Assembly: GCA_050298595.1 (NCBI GenBank)
Contig: JBNKUM010000100.1
Coordinates: forward strand, 64,001-128,000
Reading direction: 5' to 3'
DNA from: Gammaproteobacteria bacterium
GTDB taxonomy: Bacteria > Pseudomonadota > Gammaproteobacteria > GCA-001735895
DNA: 64,000 nucleotides
Position numbers and translations under genes: made by a program. How positions within the stretch are numbered: the first letter of the stretch is position 1; each line of letters begins with the position of its first letter. Below are positions 18,957 through 27,597 of the stretch, in pieces. The notes beneath the pieces were generated by a model. That model ran no database searches. It worked only from the letters and a program-made list of their open reading frames with translations, and was not told where the DNA came from.

Positions 18957-21524
18957 ATGATTTCTCGTTGTCAACAGTCACAGCCCCTCGTTATTTATTT
19001 AAGCATGGTATTTCTACTGGCTTTGATATTAAGCGGCTGTAACCCGGATGATGTCGCACCCAGCAACCCAGCCCCAGCTCCTACTCAGGTTCCAACTCAG
19101 ATTCCAACTCAGATTCCAACTCAGGTTCCTACACCAGTTCCTACACCAGTTCCTACGCAGGTACCGAGTGACAATCATCAACCTGGCGCCAGGATCACTG
19201 CGCCTCAGTCCTACATCTCTGGCCAGACGGTTACCCTTGATGGCAGCGGATCATCAGACCCTGACGATGATAGACTTAGCTACCAATGGATACAGATTGG
19301 TGGTCCGAACATTGTGCTTTCGAATACAACAAGCCCCATACTTACCTTTGTTGCGGCGATAGTTGCACAACCCACACAGTTCTCTTTTCAATTGACAGTG
19401 AGCGATGGCGTGCTCTCCAGCAGCGCAAGCGTGAGCGTCCAGATCTCACCCATAGACGACGTCACCTCACCATCAATCGTTTCCCGATCACCTCAGGTTG
19501 ATCAGAGCGGAGTAGCACCGAATGCAGAGATCAGTGTCGTCTTCGATGAGGCGCTACTTGAAAGCAGCGTTGAAAGTCAGAGTTTGGTGGTTAGACAAAA
19601 CAGTAATCCGGTTGCTGGCAATGTTAGCTATGACAGTAGCAATTTTACCCTTAGCTACAAACCTGCTGCAGACCTCTCTGCTGGTCTCGGCTACACAGTT
19701 ACCCTTGACAATAGCCTCACAGATCTGGCGGGTAACACTTTCGCTGGTGAAAGCTGGAGTTTTATTACAGGGGTCTGTGCAACGGCCAATGACGGCAGTA
19801 ACCTGACGCTTAGTTGCCCTTCCGGGCAAGTTATTAATGAAGTCAACTTCGCCAGTTACGGCACACCGGGCGGTAGCTGCGGATCGTTCAGCAAGAGTAG
19901 CTGTGATGCCAGCAATTCGATGACTATTGTCGCGGTTGCGTGTAAAGGAATGGATATTTGCACGCTGAATGTCGATAGCACAATCTTCGGTGAACCCTGC
20001 AAAGGTTCGGATAAGCATCTGGCAGTACAGGTGACCTGTGGCATACCAGCGCCTGCAGGAGATGTTACAAAAACAATCGACTTGCAGGCCGCAGCCAGCG
20101 GTAATTCGGTTAAACTCAGCTGGTCGCTGAGAGGAATTACTCCCCGAACGCAGGAGATCATGCGCGGCAACGATCCTGACCCAGGTGCTAGCAGTAGAAT
20201 TGGCGTTGCGAGTAGTGGTAACGAATTTATCGATTATGACGTGAAGGTCGGTGAGTCCTACTATTACTGGATTAAGGCCTCGGATGTGGATTCGAGTGTG
20301 ACCAACTCTCAGGTCGTGTCCGTCACCGTCACCGTTCCAGCTATACCCGGCAGGTTGGAGGCTGAAGCCTATGACTCATTTCTCGATACCACGACGGGTA
20401 ATACTGGCGGAGAATTTCGTCGGGATGATGTGGATATTGAAGCCACGGCAGATCAGGGTGGTGGCTTTAATGTTGGCTGGATAACGCCTGGCGAATACTT
20501 ACGATACCACATCAATGTCGCAGAGTCGGCTGGTTATAAGCTGACACTCCGAGTAGCATCTCCCTACTCAAACAAGCAACTTATGCTCAAACTTGATGAT
20601 AAAGATATCAGCGGCGCATTGACCGTTCCCAACAGCGGCGATTTTCAGAACTGGCGTGATTTAAGCTTTAACGCCAGACTGGTAGCAGGAGTGCATCAAC
20701 TAGAGGTTTACTTTTTAACTGATGGTATAAATTTCAACTATATCGATCTGGCGATAGACGACAGTGTCACCACGGATCCCGCTAATTGGACGTTGGTCTG
20801 GAGCGATGAGTTCAACGGTGACACGATTGACCTAAGCAAATGGGAGCATGAGGTTAACGCTACCGGTGGCGGCAACAATGAGTTGCAGTATTACACGGGG
20901 CGTTCTCAAAACTCATGGGTTTCTGATGGGCTGCTACATATTCAGGCGCTAAACGAGCGGTATTCAGGCCCGGAAGGAACCCGGAACTTCACCTCCGCGC
21001 GTTTACGTACTTTGAACAAAGGCGACTGGAAGTACGGTCGTTTTGAAGTGCGCGCCAAACTTCCCCAGGGGCAGGGGATGTGGCCGGCTATCTGGATGCT
21101 GCCCACGGATTGGGTATATGGTGGCTGGGCTGCCAGTGGTGAAATCGACATTATGGAAGCGGTCAACCTGAAAGGTGCTGGCGGCAATACTATTTATGGA
21201 ACACTACACTACGGTGCTGAATTGCCCAATAACATATATTCAGGCGATCAGACTGAGCCTTCCACCAGTGTGGTTGATGAGTTCCATAACTATGCGCTGG
21301 AATGGGATGAAAATGAGATCCGATGGTATATCGATGGCGTTCATTATCAAACGCAAAATAACTGGAGTTCTACTGCGGCACCTTATCCCGCGCCATTTAA
21401 CCAGCGTTTTCATATGATTTTGAACCTTGCGGTGGGTGGTGATTGGCCGGGCAGTCCCGACAGTTCCACGCAATTCCCACAAAGCATGGATGTTGATTAT
21501 GTTAGAGTTTATCGAAAAGACTGA
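18957..21524 (+). CDS. Multidomain lipoprotein GH16 beta-1,3-glucanase (laminarinase-like): PT linker, PKD-like, Ig-like, SUEL-type lectin, FN3-like, CBM6, GH16
   Basis: Lipobox LILSGC; LDGSGSSDPD; LSCPSGQVI..FASYGTP.G.CG..FGEPC; EAEAYD..VGWI..GEYL; WSDEF, WPAIWML and catalytic EIDIME. Confidence 0.9.
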   Translation: MISRCQQSQPLVIYLSMVFLLALILSGCNPDDVAPSNPAPAPTQVPTQIPTQIPTQVPTPVPTPVPTQVPSDNHQPGARITAPQSYISGQTVTLDGSGSSDPDDDRLSYQWIQIGGPNIVLSNTTSPILTFVAAIVAQPTQFSFQLTVSDGVLSSSASVSVQISPIDDVTSPSIVSRSPQVDQSGVAPNAEISVVFDEALLESSVESQSLVVRQNSNPVAGNVSYDSSNFTLSYKPAADLSAGLGYTVTLDNSLTDLAGNTFAGESWSFITGVCATANDGSNLTLSCPSGQVINEVNFASYGTPGGSCGSFSKSSCDASNSMTIVAVACKGMDICTLNVDSTIFGEPCKGSDKHLAVQVTCGIPAPAGDVTKTIDLQAAASGNSVKLSWSLRGITPRTQEIMRGNDPDPGASSRIGVASSGNEFIDYDVKVGESYYYWIKASDVDSSVTNSQVVSVTVTVPAIPGRLEAEAYDSFLDTTTGNTGGEFRRDDVDIEATADQGGGFNVGWITPGEYLRYHINVAESAGYKLTLRVASPYSNKQLMLKLDDKDISGALTVPNSGDFQNWRDLSFNARLVAGVHQLEVYFLTDGINFNYIDLAIDDSVTTDPANWTLVWSDEFNGDTIDLSKWEHEVNATGGGNNELQYYTGRSQNSWVSDGLLHIQALNERYSGPEGTRNFTSARLRTLNKGDWKYGRFEVRAKLPQGQGMWPAIWMLPTDWVYGGWAASGEIDIMEAVNLKGAGGNTIYGTLHYGAELPNNIYSGDQTEPSTSVVDEFHNYALEWDENEIRWYIDGVHYQTQNNWSSTAAPYPAPFNQRFHMILNLAVGGDWPGSPDSSTQFPQSMDVDYVRVYRKD
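19080..19166 (+). repeat. 12-bp coding tandem repeat (PTQV/PTQI/PTPV linker)
   Basis: ccaactcagatt / cctacaccagtt units, about 7 copies. Confidence 0.9.
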
Positions 21525-21746
21525 AGCTAAATGGTCAGAAGTGTCTCATGCCCGATTTGCCATACTTTCTGATCCTGGAAAACAGCGCTTAAAGTGCTGG
21601 CAGATCAATCGATATATCCCAACGGCAATTCACGGTTTCGACCGGCCAGATCTTTAAGCGGCGCTGGAATATTGAACATATCGCATCAGGAAGGCACTAC
21701 AGGAGCTACATCTCGGCCATTCATCAAATCGGTTCTGGAAGTCCTT

Positions 21747-22400
21747 TTATTCCTCATTAATGATATTTATATTGGTAACCTGTAGCGAGGATAGCGCTTT
21801 AATCAATCGCTGTAACCCCATATCACTGGCTCCGGCCTCTACCAGAATTACAATGGGCGAATCGACCTTGTCGTTGATCCTTGAGTTAATGAATACTTTC
21901 AATTTATCTGTACTCAAATTTAACGGCTTACCATGAAGAGAATATTGATCAAAAGTATTTACGATTATTTGAGGTGCGAATAATTTTGATTGCTTAGGAA
22001 TAACAGGCTGTGATTTTAATTCATAGAAAGTCTGGTAAGCTGGGCAGTTCCATGAAGTGCCAGTTAATGATTCGACTTTTCCTTTTGCTGTAGAGTACAT
22101 CTCTCGATAAAATTCTACACTGTCCATATCATCCAGAAGAGTTAAAAACTCTTCTGTTTTGAGCACTGATTTTAACTTTGCTTTTACCTGAGTATTAAAC
22201 TCGGAAATAGACATATCTGGGGGTAAATCAGCCCAGTAGTTTGCAGTATGAATATCACAAAATGCATTGGCATCTTGTAATAGAAGCTCGTTTTGTAATA
22301 GAGGGTCATTATTATTGAATTCATTTGTTTTGCATGCAGCCATCAATAGCAAGATAGATAATATGCAAAACACATTGCCTGGTTGTTGGTAGTATCTCAT
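21747..22400 (-). CDS. Hypothetical lipoprotein with ExbD/TolR-like C-terminal domain
   Basis: Lipobox LLLMAAC; the C-terminus (IVILVEAGASDMGLQRLIKALSSLQVTNINII) resembles the ExbD periplasmic fold. Confidence 0.55.
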   Translation of the reverse strand: MRYYQQPGNVFCILSILLLMAACKTNEFNNNDPLLQNELLLQDANAFCDIHTANYWADLPPDMSISEFNTQVKAKLKSVLKTEEFLTLLDDMDSVEFYREMYSTAKGKVESLTGTSWNCPAYQTFYELKSQPVIPKQSKLFAPQIIVNTFDQYSLHGKPLNLSTDKLKVFINSRINDKVDSPIVILVEAGASDMGLQRLIKALSSLQVTNINIINEE

Positions 22401-22871
22401 TGACTTCAAGCTCAAGTACTCCCTTGTTATTTTTAAATCTTTGATTAAATTCATTAAATGACTTGCCGACATTTCTGAGACTAGTCTAAACTTTTTTGAA
22501 TTTATGCTTACTGCTTTAATAATGACTAAGCTTCTCCATTATATACATCAGAAGAGCCCTGGATGAAAGTATGTTACAACAATAAGTTAAATTTTTAACT
22601 TGGCTGCTGGCACATTTGCACTTTTTTGACGGGTCAAAGTTCCGGAATGTTTTTAATGCAATATAGTCAAACCAATCTATAGAATTTATCTCGCCTGAGC
22701 GAGGAATATCCCAAAATGTGATAGATGGTTCCCCAGCTCTAGTATTTGCAATGATAGATGACACGTCAAAACAGGGTAAAGACCAGACAACACGATTCAC
22801 TACCTCATGATGTCTTCTCAGCTAAGCTTCTGCCAAAAAGCGGTTTTTACCCTGAGCCTGGATTGCTGATT

Positions 22872-23720
22872 TTATTTGCCCATTAAGCCACGTATTGCGG
22901 CGGGGATATCAGCCGGGAATACCACAGTTTTTTCATTGTTTGATTTGGCCAGATCCTGTAGCGATTTGATATATTTTTCTCCCAGCAGATAAATCACTGG
23001 CATCTCCTTGTCCCCAATCGCTTCGGTAACCAGTGTAATTGATTTTTGACTTGCGGTTGCCAGAACAACCTGAGCTTCTGCATCACGTCTGGATGCCTCA
23101 AGACGACCCTCAGCTTCGAGTATAGCAGCCTGCTTATCGCCATCCGCCTTGGTTACCTTGGCACGGCGCGCACGTTCCGCTGCTGCCTGCTCTTCCATAG
23201 CCTGCTGCATGGTTGCCGAGGGATTGATATCCTGGATTTCTACGGTCTTCAGCGTAATTCCCCAATCCGAGATATCATCCGAAATGGCATGTTTCAGTTG
23301 CGCCTTGATCTTGTCGCGAGAAGACAACGCGTCATCGAGATCCATTTCACCGATGATTGAGCGCAGTGAGGTTTGTACCAGAGTTTGAATCGCAATCTCG
23401 TAATTCTCAACACCATAGACCGCTTTTTCCGGCGAGAGAATATTGATATAGGCCACTGCGTTGGCAATGATGACCGCGTTATCGCGAGTGATCACTTCCT
23501 GCGATGGGATATCAAGTACGATATCTTTGGTCGTGACCTTATGGGCGACGCTATCCACATAGGGGATGATGATGTTCAAGCCCGGATTTAGTGTCTTGTG
23601 AAACTTGCCTAATCGCTGTACAACCCATTTGTAACCCTGTGGAACCAGACGGACACCTTGTGCAATGGTAACCAGCACCAGTACGAAAATTGCAATAACA
23701 ATATAGAAACCTGGATTCAT
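22872..23720 (-). CDS. SPFH/stomatin-like protein (QmcA-like)
   Basis: RLGKFHKTLNPGLNIIIP, QEVITRDN, AERARRA coiled coil. Confidence 0.92.
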   Translation of the reverse strand: MNPGFYIVIAIFVLVLVTIAQGVRLVPQGYKWVVQRLGKFHKTLNPGLNIIIPYVDSVAHKVTTKDIVLDIPSQEVITRDNAVIIANAVAYINILSPEKAVYGVENYEIAIQTLVQTSLRSIIGEMDLDDALSSRDKIKAQLKHAISDDISDWGITLKTVEIQDINPSATMQQAMEEQAAAERARRAKVTKADGDKQAAILEAEGRLEASRRDAEAQVVLATASQKSITLVTEAIGDKEMPVIYLLGEKYIKSLQDLAKSNNEKTVVFPADIPAAIRGLMGK

Positions 23721-23734
23721 TTCCTTCTCCTTTG

Positions 23735-24193
23735 TTAATTTTTAAATTTACTTACGATAAGCGTATTGCCAGAAACCTCTTTGACTTGCACCCGATCACC
23801 TTCAGACAATTCATCAGTTGACATGATCTGCCATTCGTCAGCGCCGAGAACAGGTACCGAAAACCTCATGACTCCTCGCCGATTTTCATGTGGAACCTGA
23901 ATTACATGTCCCACTTCACCGACAACCGCTTCGCGCGAAAGTCCAGCTTTGGTGCGATCCACCGACAGGGGTTTGAGATATTTAAACCATAATATTGCCA
24001 GGATTACCGACAACACCGTCCAGATAAAGATCTGCCAGTTGAGATCCAGTGTTGGCCAGATCAATAAAGTACCACCAACAATAATGGCCGCTACACCAAA
24101 CCATAAAATAAAAAAAGTACTCAGAGCGATTTCGCTGAGCATCAGAACGACACCGAATACGATCCAGTGCCAGTAAGCTATATCTAAGTCCAT
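23735..24193 (-). CDS. NfeD-family membrane protein (YbbJ-like)
   Basis: YWHWIVFG..SEI..FFILWFG transmembrane helices plus OB-fold tail; adjacent to SPFH gene. Confidence 0.9.
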   Translation of the reverse strand: MDLDIAYWHWIVFGVVLMLSEIALSTFFILWFGVAAIIVGGTLLIWPTLDLNWQIFIWTVLSVILAILWFKYLKPLSVDRTKAGLSREAVVGEVGHVIQVPHENRRGVMRFSVPVLGADEWQIMSTDELSEGDRVQVKEVSGNTLIVSKFKN

Positions 24194-24626
24194 AATCATT
24201 CCTCTTGAGACAGTATAAATCCTGTTCTCACATAACATAGTGTAATTTGCAGATCAGGGTAATATTTTTTGAACTAACAGTCGTATCGATTTACTGTCTG
24301 ACCAGGTCAAGAAATCGATTTCTGTCGTCATCCCTCGAGAAAATCGGCTGCTGGGCGTTAGCGCGCGAAGTGGCATGGTAAAGAGCGTCTGGAAACTTGA
24401 CTCTGAACGGATGGTCATCTTTTTCTCTCCTTGATGGGGTGACAGGAAATTAGCAAGTAGAGAGGGGTGTGTCAATTGTGAGATTTGATCCAGGGTGTTC
24501 CGAGCGGATGATCGAGTCATCTCCTGCCGAAAGAGGCGGCAACAGATAGGACACGCCAACGGGTGTTTGATGCCTGCTATCTACACCCAATCCTGCGTTG
24601 CAGTTTTTGTAAAGGGCGGGCTATTC

Positions 24627-24727
24627 CAAGGAGTTACAAGGCTTCCGCGTCCTGCTCACGCCCCTTACCTATGTCCATATAGGCAAGGCTTCCGCGTCCT
24701 GCTCACGCCCCTTACCTATGTCCCTAG
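24627..24727 (+). repeat. Second dimer (2nd copy truncated) of the 47-bp repeat, following caaggagttacaa
   Basis: ggcttccgcgtcctgctcacgccccttacctatgtccatataggcaa then ggcttcc...tatgtccctag. Confidence 0.88.
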
Positions 24728-24776
24728 GGTGATATGAATTCGATTTGCCCGATGAAGTATCTCAGTTAATAACTGG

Positions 24777-24848
24777 TCAGGCGCTGTATACGGACCCGTA
24801 TGTACGGTGCTGTGGGAGGGGGCTACTTGAGTAGCTCCCTATCCCGAT
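24777..24848 (+). ncRNA. Group IIC intron 3' end relic (domains V-VI)
   Basis: gcgctgtatacggacccgtatgtacggtgctgtgggaggg-gctac-ttga-gtagc-tccctatcccgat resembles the class C DV/DVI consensus and ends in AY. Confidence 0.75.
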
Positions 24849-24890
24849 TATGAGATTATTCATCAAGTTGCCTTCCAGATTTTAAAAGGA

Positions 24891-24914
24891 GTCGGGTGAA
24901 GCGACGCGTTATAT
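24891..24914 (-). mobile_element. Left half of an attC site (truncated)
   Basis: Minus strand ATATAAC-GCGTCGCTTCACCCGAC immediately after the cassette ORF stop. Confidence 0.6.
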
Positions 24915-24920
24915 GCAGTT

Positions 24921-25331
24921 TCATATAGCTAATGTGCATCTTATTTTGACGCGGTTAAGCTTCTCTTGCGAAAAATACAATGTGACATGGAAGTCCTCTT
25001 TATCGTTGCATACGCCAGACTCTGCGTGTCCCACCTCCCATTCATCGGAATCCAAAAGACAGTTTCTCTGTGTTGGAGTCATTTCCTTAATGTCAATCCA
25101 GTTCTTCGGGCATGCAGCAGGTTTGGGGATTGGCGAAAATACATAGTTAAAGTTCTTTTCAATTATTTCTTCTTTTGTGCTGCCGATACTGTATGTCCCA
25201 ACTTTTCCAGAAGTGACAGTTCTTTCGCTTACCGTATCACTTGGCCATGGAGCGAAGAAGAATACATAACACAGGAATGCAACAATACTTAAAGATCCTG
25301 TGATGAGCGTATATATAGCTGACTTCTTCAT
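24921..25331 (-). CDS. Integron cassette: membrane-anchored hypothetical protein with Cys residues
   Basis: MKKSAIYTL start just after attC core GTTAAAT; N-terminal TM helix; four Cys in the soluble part. Confidence 0.7.
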   Translation of the reverse strand: MKKSAIYTLITGSLSIVAFLCYVFFFAPWPSDTVSERTVTSGKVGTYSIGSTKEEIIEKNFNYVFSPIPKPAACPKNWIDIKEMTPTQRNCLLDSDEWEVGHAESGVCNDKEDFHVTLYFSQEKLNRVKIRCTLAI

Positions 25332-25339
25332 ACTTTTAC

Positions 25340-25408
25340 ATTTAACGTCGCACTTCAAGGGCAGCGTGACAGCGCGGTTGCGATGTACCTTGCAAGCGCT
25401 TTTTACGC
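25340..25408 (-). mobile_element. attC site (69 bp, degenerate R'')
   Basis: Minus strand GCGTAAA-AAGCGCTTGCAAGG...CCTTGAAGTGCGAC-GTTAAAT. Confidence 0.75.
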
Positions 25409-25437
25409 GCGCCGATTGCTTTGTAATTTTGCATTGT

Positions 25438-25812
25438 TTATTTCTTCAATTCGCTTTGAATTAGCTTCTTCCGATATTTTATTATCTTAACAATTAACTG
25501 AGTTGGTATGGGCTTATTTAAAGGAAACTGAATTGATCCTTTACCTTGATCGAACTGAGAAAGTTCCTTTTCAAACTCAACAATGGTTGTTGGATGAGGA
25601 TAGATTCCAACATGATTTTTGAATGCACCGATCATGATTTGTTGATCACGTTTCCCATTCGGTACAAGACTGAAAGCCGGTACGCCATAGTTAAAGGTTT
25701 CAATCGCATCTGGCACAGCTTCTAAAATCGCTTTCCTCAACTCTTGCAACCGCTCTGCTTGCGGATGTGATTGCGCGTCAATGTATTCATCGATTGTATT
25801 GTACTTTGGCAC
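25438..25812 (-). CDS. Integron cassette: DUF1801 / YdhG-like protein
   Basis: TIDEYI...LR.AILEAVPDA.E..NYGVPAF...AFKNHVGIYP...KGSIQFP; GTG start with GGAG RBS. Confidence 0.85.
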   Translation of the reverse strand: MPKYNTIDEYIDAQSHPQAERLQELRKAILEAVPDAIETFNYGVPAFSLVPNGKRDQQIMIGAFKNHVGIYPHPTTIVEFEKELSQFDQGKGSIQFPLNKPIPTQLIVKIIKYRKKLIQSELKK

Positions 25813-25838
25813 CTTGTTCACTCCATCGTTTGTTATGC

Positions 25839-25899
25839 GCGTAACGGTTGCCATAAACCACGCCATTTTTTGGTGTCGGTTTTGATGGCGTTGTTAAGC
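25839..25899 (-). mobile_element. attC site (61 bp)
   Basis: Minus strand GCTTAAC-AACGCCATCAAAACC...GGTTTATGGCAACC-GTTACGC, imperfect palindrome. Confidence 0.85.
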
Positions 25900-25934
25900 A
25901 TTCCGCTTTAAAAGTAAGTTGCTTACTCAATTTT

Positions 25935-26870
25935 CTAATCCTTGGATATTGACTCGCGAAAGGTGACGTAGTCTTTTGCGCATTGCTGTGGTTTCTCAAA
26001 CATTGTGACATGACCAGCTTTCTGTACATATACAACCTTAGAATTCGGGAGAAGTTTTTTGAGGACGTTTGCTGTTTCCACGGGAATTACATGGTCCTGT
26101 TCTCCGAATACGATTAAGGCGGGCGTCTCAATTCCGCTAATCTGATCTTCGATCGATTGATCCAGCATTTCCTTGAAGATAACCTCTTCGAGCGCAGTAT
26201 TCTGAATGCGTTCTTGTGCCAACACCTTTAGCATCGGCGCGGGAATAAATGGAGGTTTGCTCATGCCAAGTGCCATTACATCTTTAAATTCTTTCACATT
26301 TCTAGCGATCAGAGGATTGTGGCCTGTTTCAGTAATAATCTTAAATACATCACTTTTTGGTGCACTCCATACACCAGCTGGGCTCAACAACCAAAGGCTA
26401 TTTACTTCTGTGGGATATAGAGCTGAATATAACAATGCGATTTGGCCGCCCATTGAATTCCCACCGAGATGAAGATCCTTGAGGTTCAGTGCTTCTGATA
26501 ATAACCGTAGTCGCTCAACTTGAGTTGAAGGTGAATAGTCCGTGTGCTGTATGTGTGCCGATTCGCCAAATCCAATGATGTCCGGAATAATCACTCTGTA
26601 GTGTTTGACTAGATACCGTGAAACACGTGTGAAAGTATCTTTGTTTCCACCAAATCCATGAAGTAGCATCAGTGGCTTACCTTGTCCACCTTCCAGGTAT
26701 GCATAGTGTATTCCATTAGGCAGAGTGAGTTCTTTTCGGACAATACCAGACTGCTTACGTGTTGCATTGAGTGCAAAGTCAACCACTCGTGCGGGAGCTA
26801 GATACACGAACACTGAAAGTGCAGTGATAAGAATAAAAACAAAGCTCGCAATATATAAAACAATCGTCAT
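25935..26870 (-). CDS. Integron cassette: alpha/beta-hydrolase (lipase/esterase)
   Basis: HGFGG oxyanion motif, GNSMGG nucleophile elbow, D (GEQD) and H (AGH); N-terminal TM anchor. Confidence 0.9.
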   Translation of the reverse strand: MTIVLYIASFVFILITALSVFVYLAPARVVDFALNATRKQSGIVRKELTLPNGIHYAYLEGGQGKPLMLLHGFGGNKDTFTRVSRYLVKHYRVIIPDIIGFGESAHIQHTDYSPSTQVERLRLLSEALNLKDLHLGGNSMGGQIALLYSALYPTEVNSLWLLSPAGVWSAPKSDVFKIITETGHNPLIARNVKEFKDVMALGMSKPPFIPAPMLKVLAQERIQNTALEEVIFKEMLDQSIEDQISGIETPALIVFGEQDHVIPVETANVLKKLLPNSKVVYVQKAGHVTMFEKPQQCAKDYVTFRESISKD

Positions 26871-26900
26871 AATCTATGTTGGCAAATATGCCTCAGGAAA

Positions 26901-26960
26901 GCCTAACAGCTTAAGTATGTGGAAAATTGCGGTATTTAAATACCTCAATTTTCCGGATAT
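26901..26960 (-). mobile_element. Putative attI site
   Basis: Minus strand ..tccggaaaattgaggtatttaaataccgcaattttccacatacttaagctGTTAGGC. The GTTRRRY core pairs with first-cassette R'' GCTTAAC with one mismatch; lies between intI and the first cassette. Confidence 0.65.
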
Positions 26961-27163
26961 GACTTTTGGGATAAAACTGATTTTCCCGGGATGAAATCGA
27001 AGTTTCTTATTTTAATTCAACAGGTTGAAAACCTTTCATTCTTTTTCCCTTAACTAATACCTCGGAATACTAACTCATTTTTCCATGATATAGGTAAATT
27101 AATTTGATTCTTCAGTGTTTGTTGGCTATATACCTCAATGAGAATATATTGAGAACTTTAGTC

Positions 27164-27351
27164 ATGGAAGATAGCACTCTCTTAAAATCACCATTTCTTG
27201 AAAAGCTCGTTAAATCATGCGAGTTCAGCACTATGCCATAAGGACTGAGCATTCATATATAAGCTGGATTTACCGATTTATCCTGTTTCATGACAAGCAG
27301 CATCCCGAGACTCTTGGTGCCGATTCAGTTGTCGAATTTTTGACTTATCTT
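27164..27351 (+). pseudogene. intI: Integron integrase N-terminal fragment (frameshifted, truncated)
   Basis: KSPFLEK / MRVQHYAIRTEHSYISWIYRFILFHDKQHPETLGADSVVEFLTYL is a typical IntI N-terminus; divergent from the attC array. Confidence 0.85.
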
Positions 27352-27368
27352 ACTGCGGAATCCAGGTT
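27352..27368 (+). repeat. Solo MITE terminal repeat at the intI breakpoint
   Basis: actgcggaatccaggtt is identical (17/17) to 57758-57774. Confidence 0.75.
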
Positions 27369-27550
27369 CAAAATACTCATTGGCTTCGTTTGCTTTGCCT
27401 GCAATAACTTCCCAGTCTTCGTATATCAAAGCTGATTGTTCTATTATAAGTAGTCTAATAATCCGACTAGCTTTTCCTCTGTGTGTCCTCCGAGTCCTCA
27501 GTGGTAAGAATTTTCTTTCTATGCGTGCTCCTCTGAATAAGGCGATACAC

Positions 27551-27578
27551 AAGAAAAAACCCCGGACTGGCCGGGGTT
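27551..27578 (-). terminator. Rho-independent terminator of the lipoprotein gene
   Basis: aaccccgg-actgg-ccggggtt hairpin with a T tract on the minus strand. Confidence 0.8.
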
Positions 27579-27597
27579 AGTATTTATAGATAAAGGT

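Noticed and set aside
22516-22800. 94-aa ORF
   Set aside because: No motif or family recognised; it may be a gene remnant but cannot be supported.
24254-24737. ORFs 24254-24559 and 24495-24737
   Set aside because: No recognisable features; the second runs through repeat DNA.
27217-27435. Functional 72-aa integrase
   Set aside because: Only the N-terminal domain is present, with no catalytic RHRY residues; the tail is non-integrase sequence after a MITE end.
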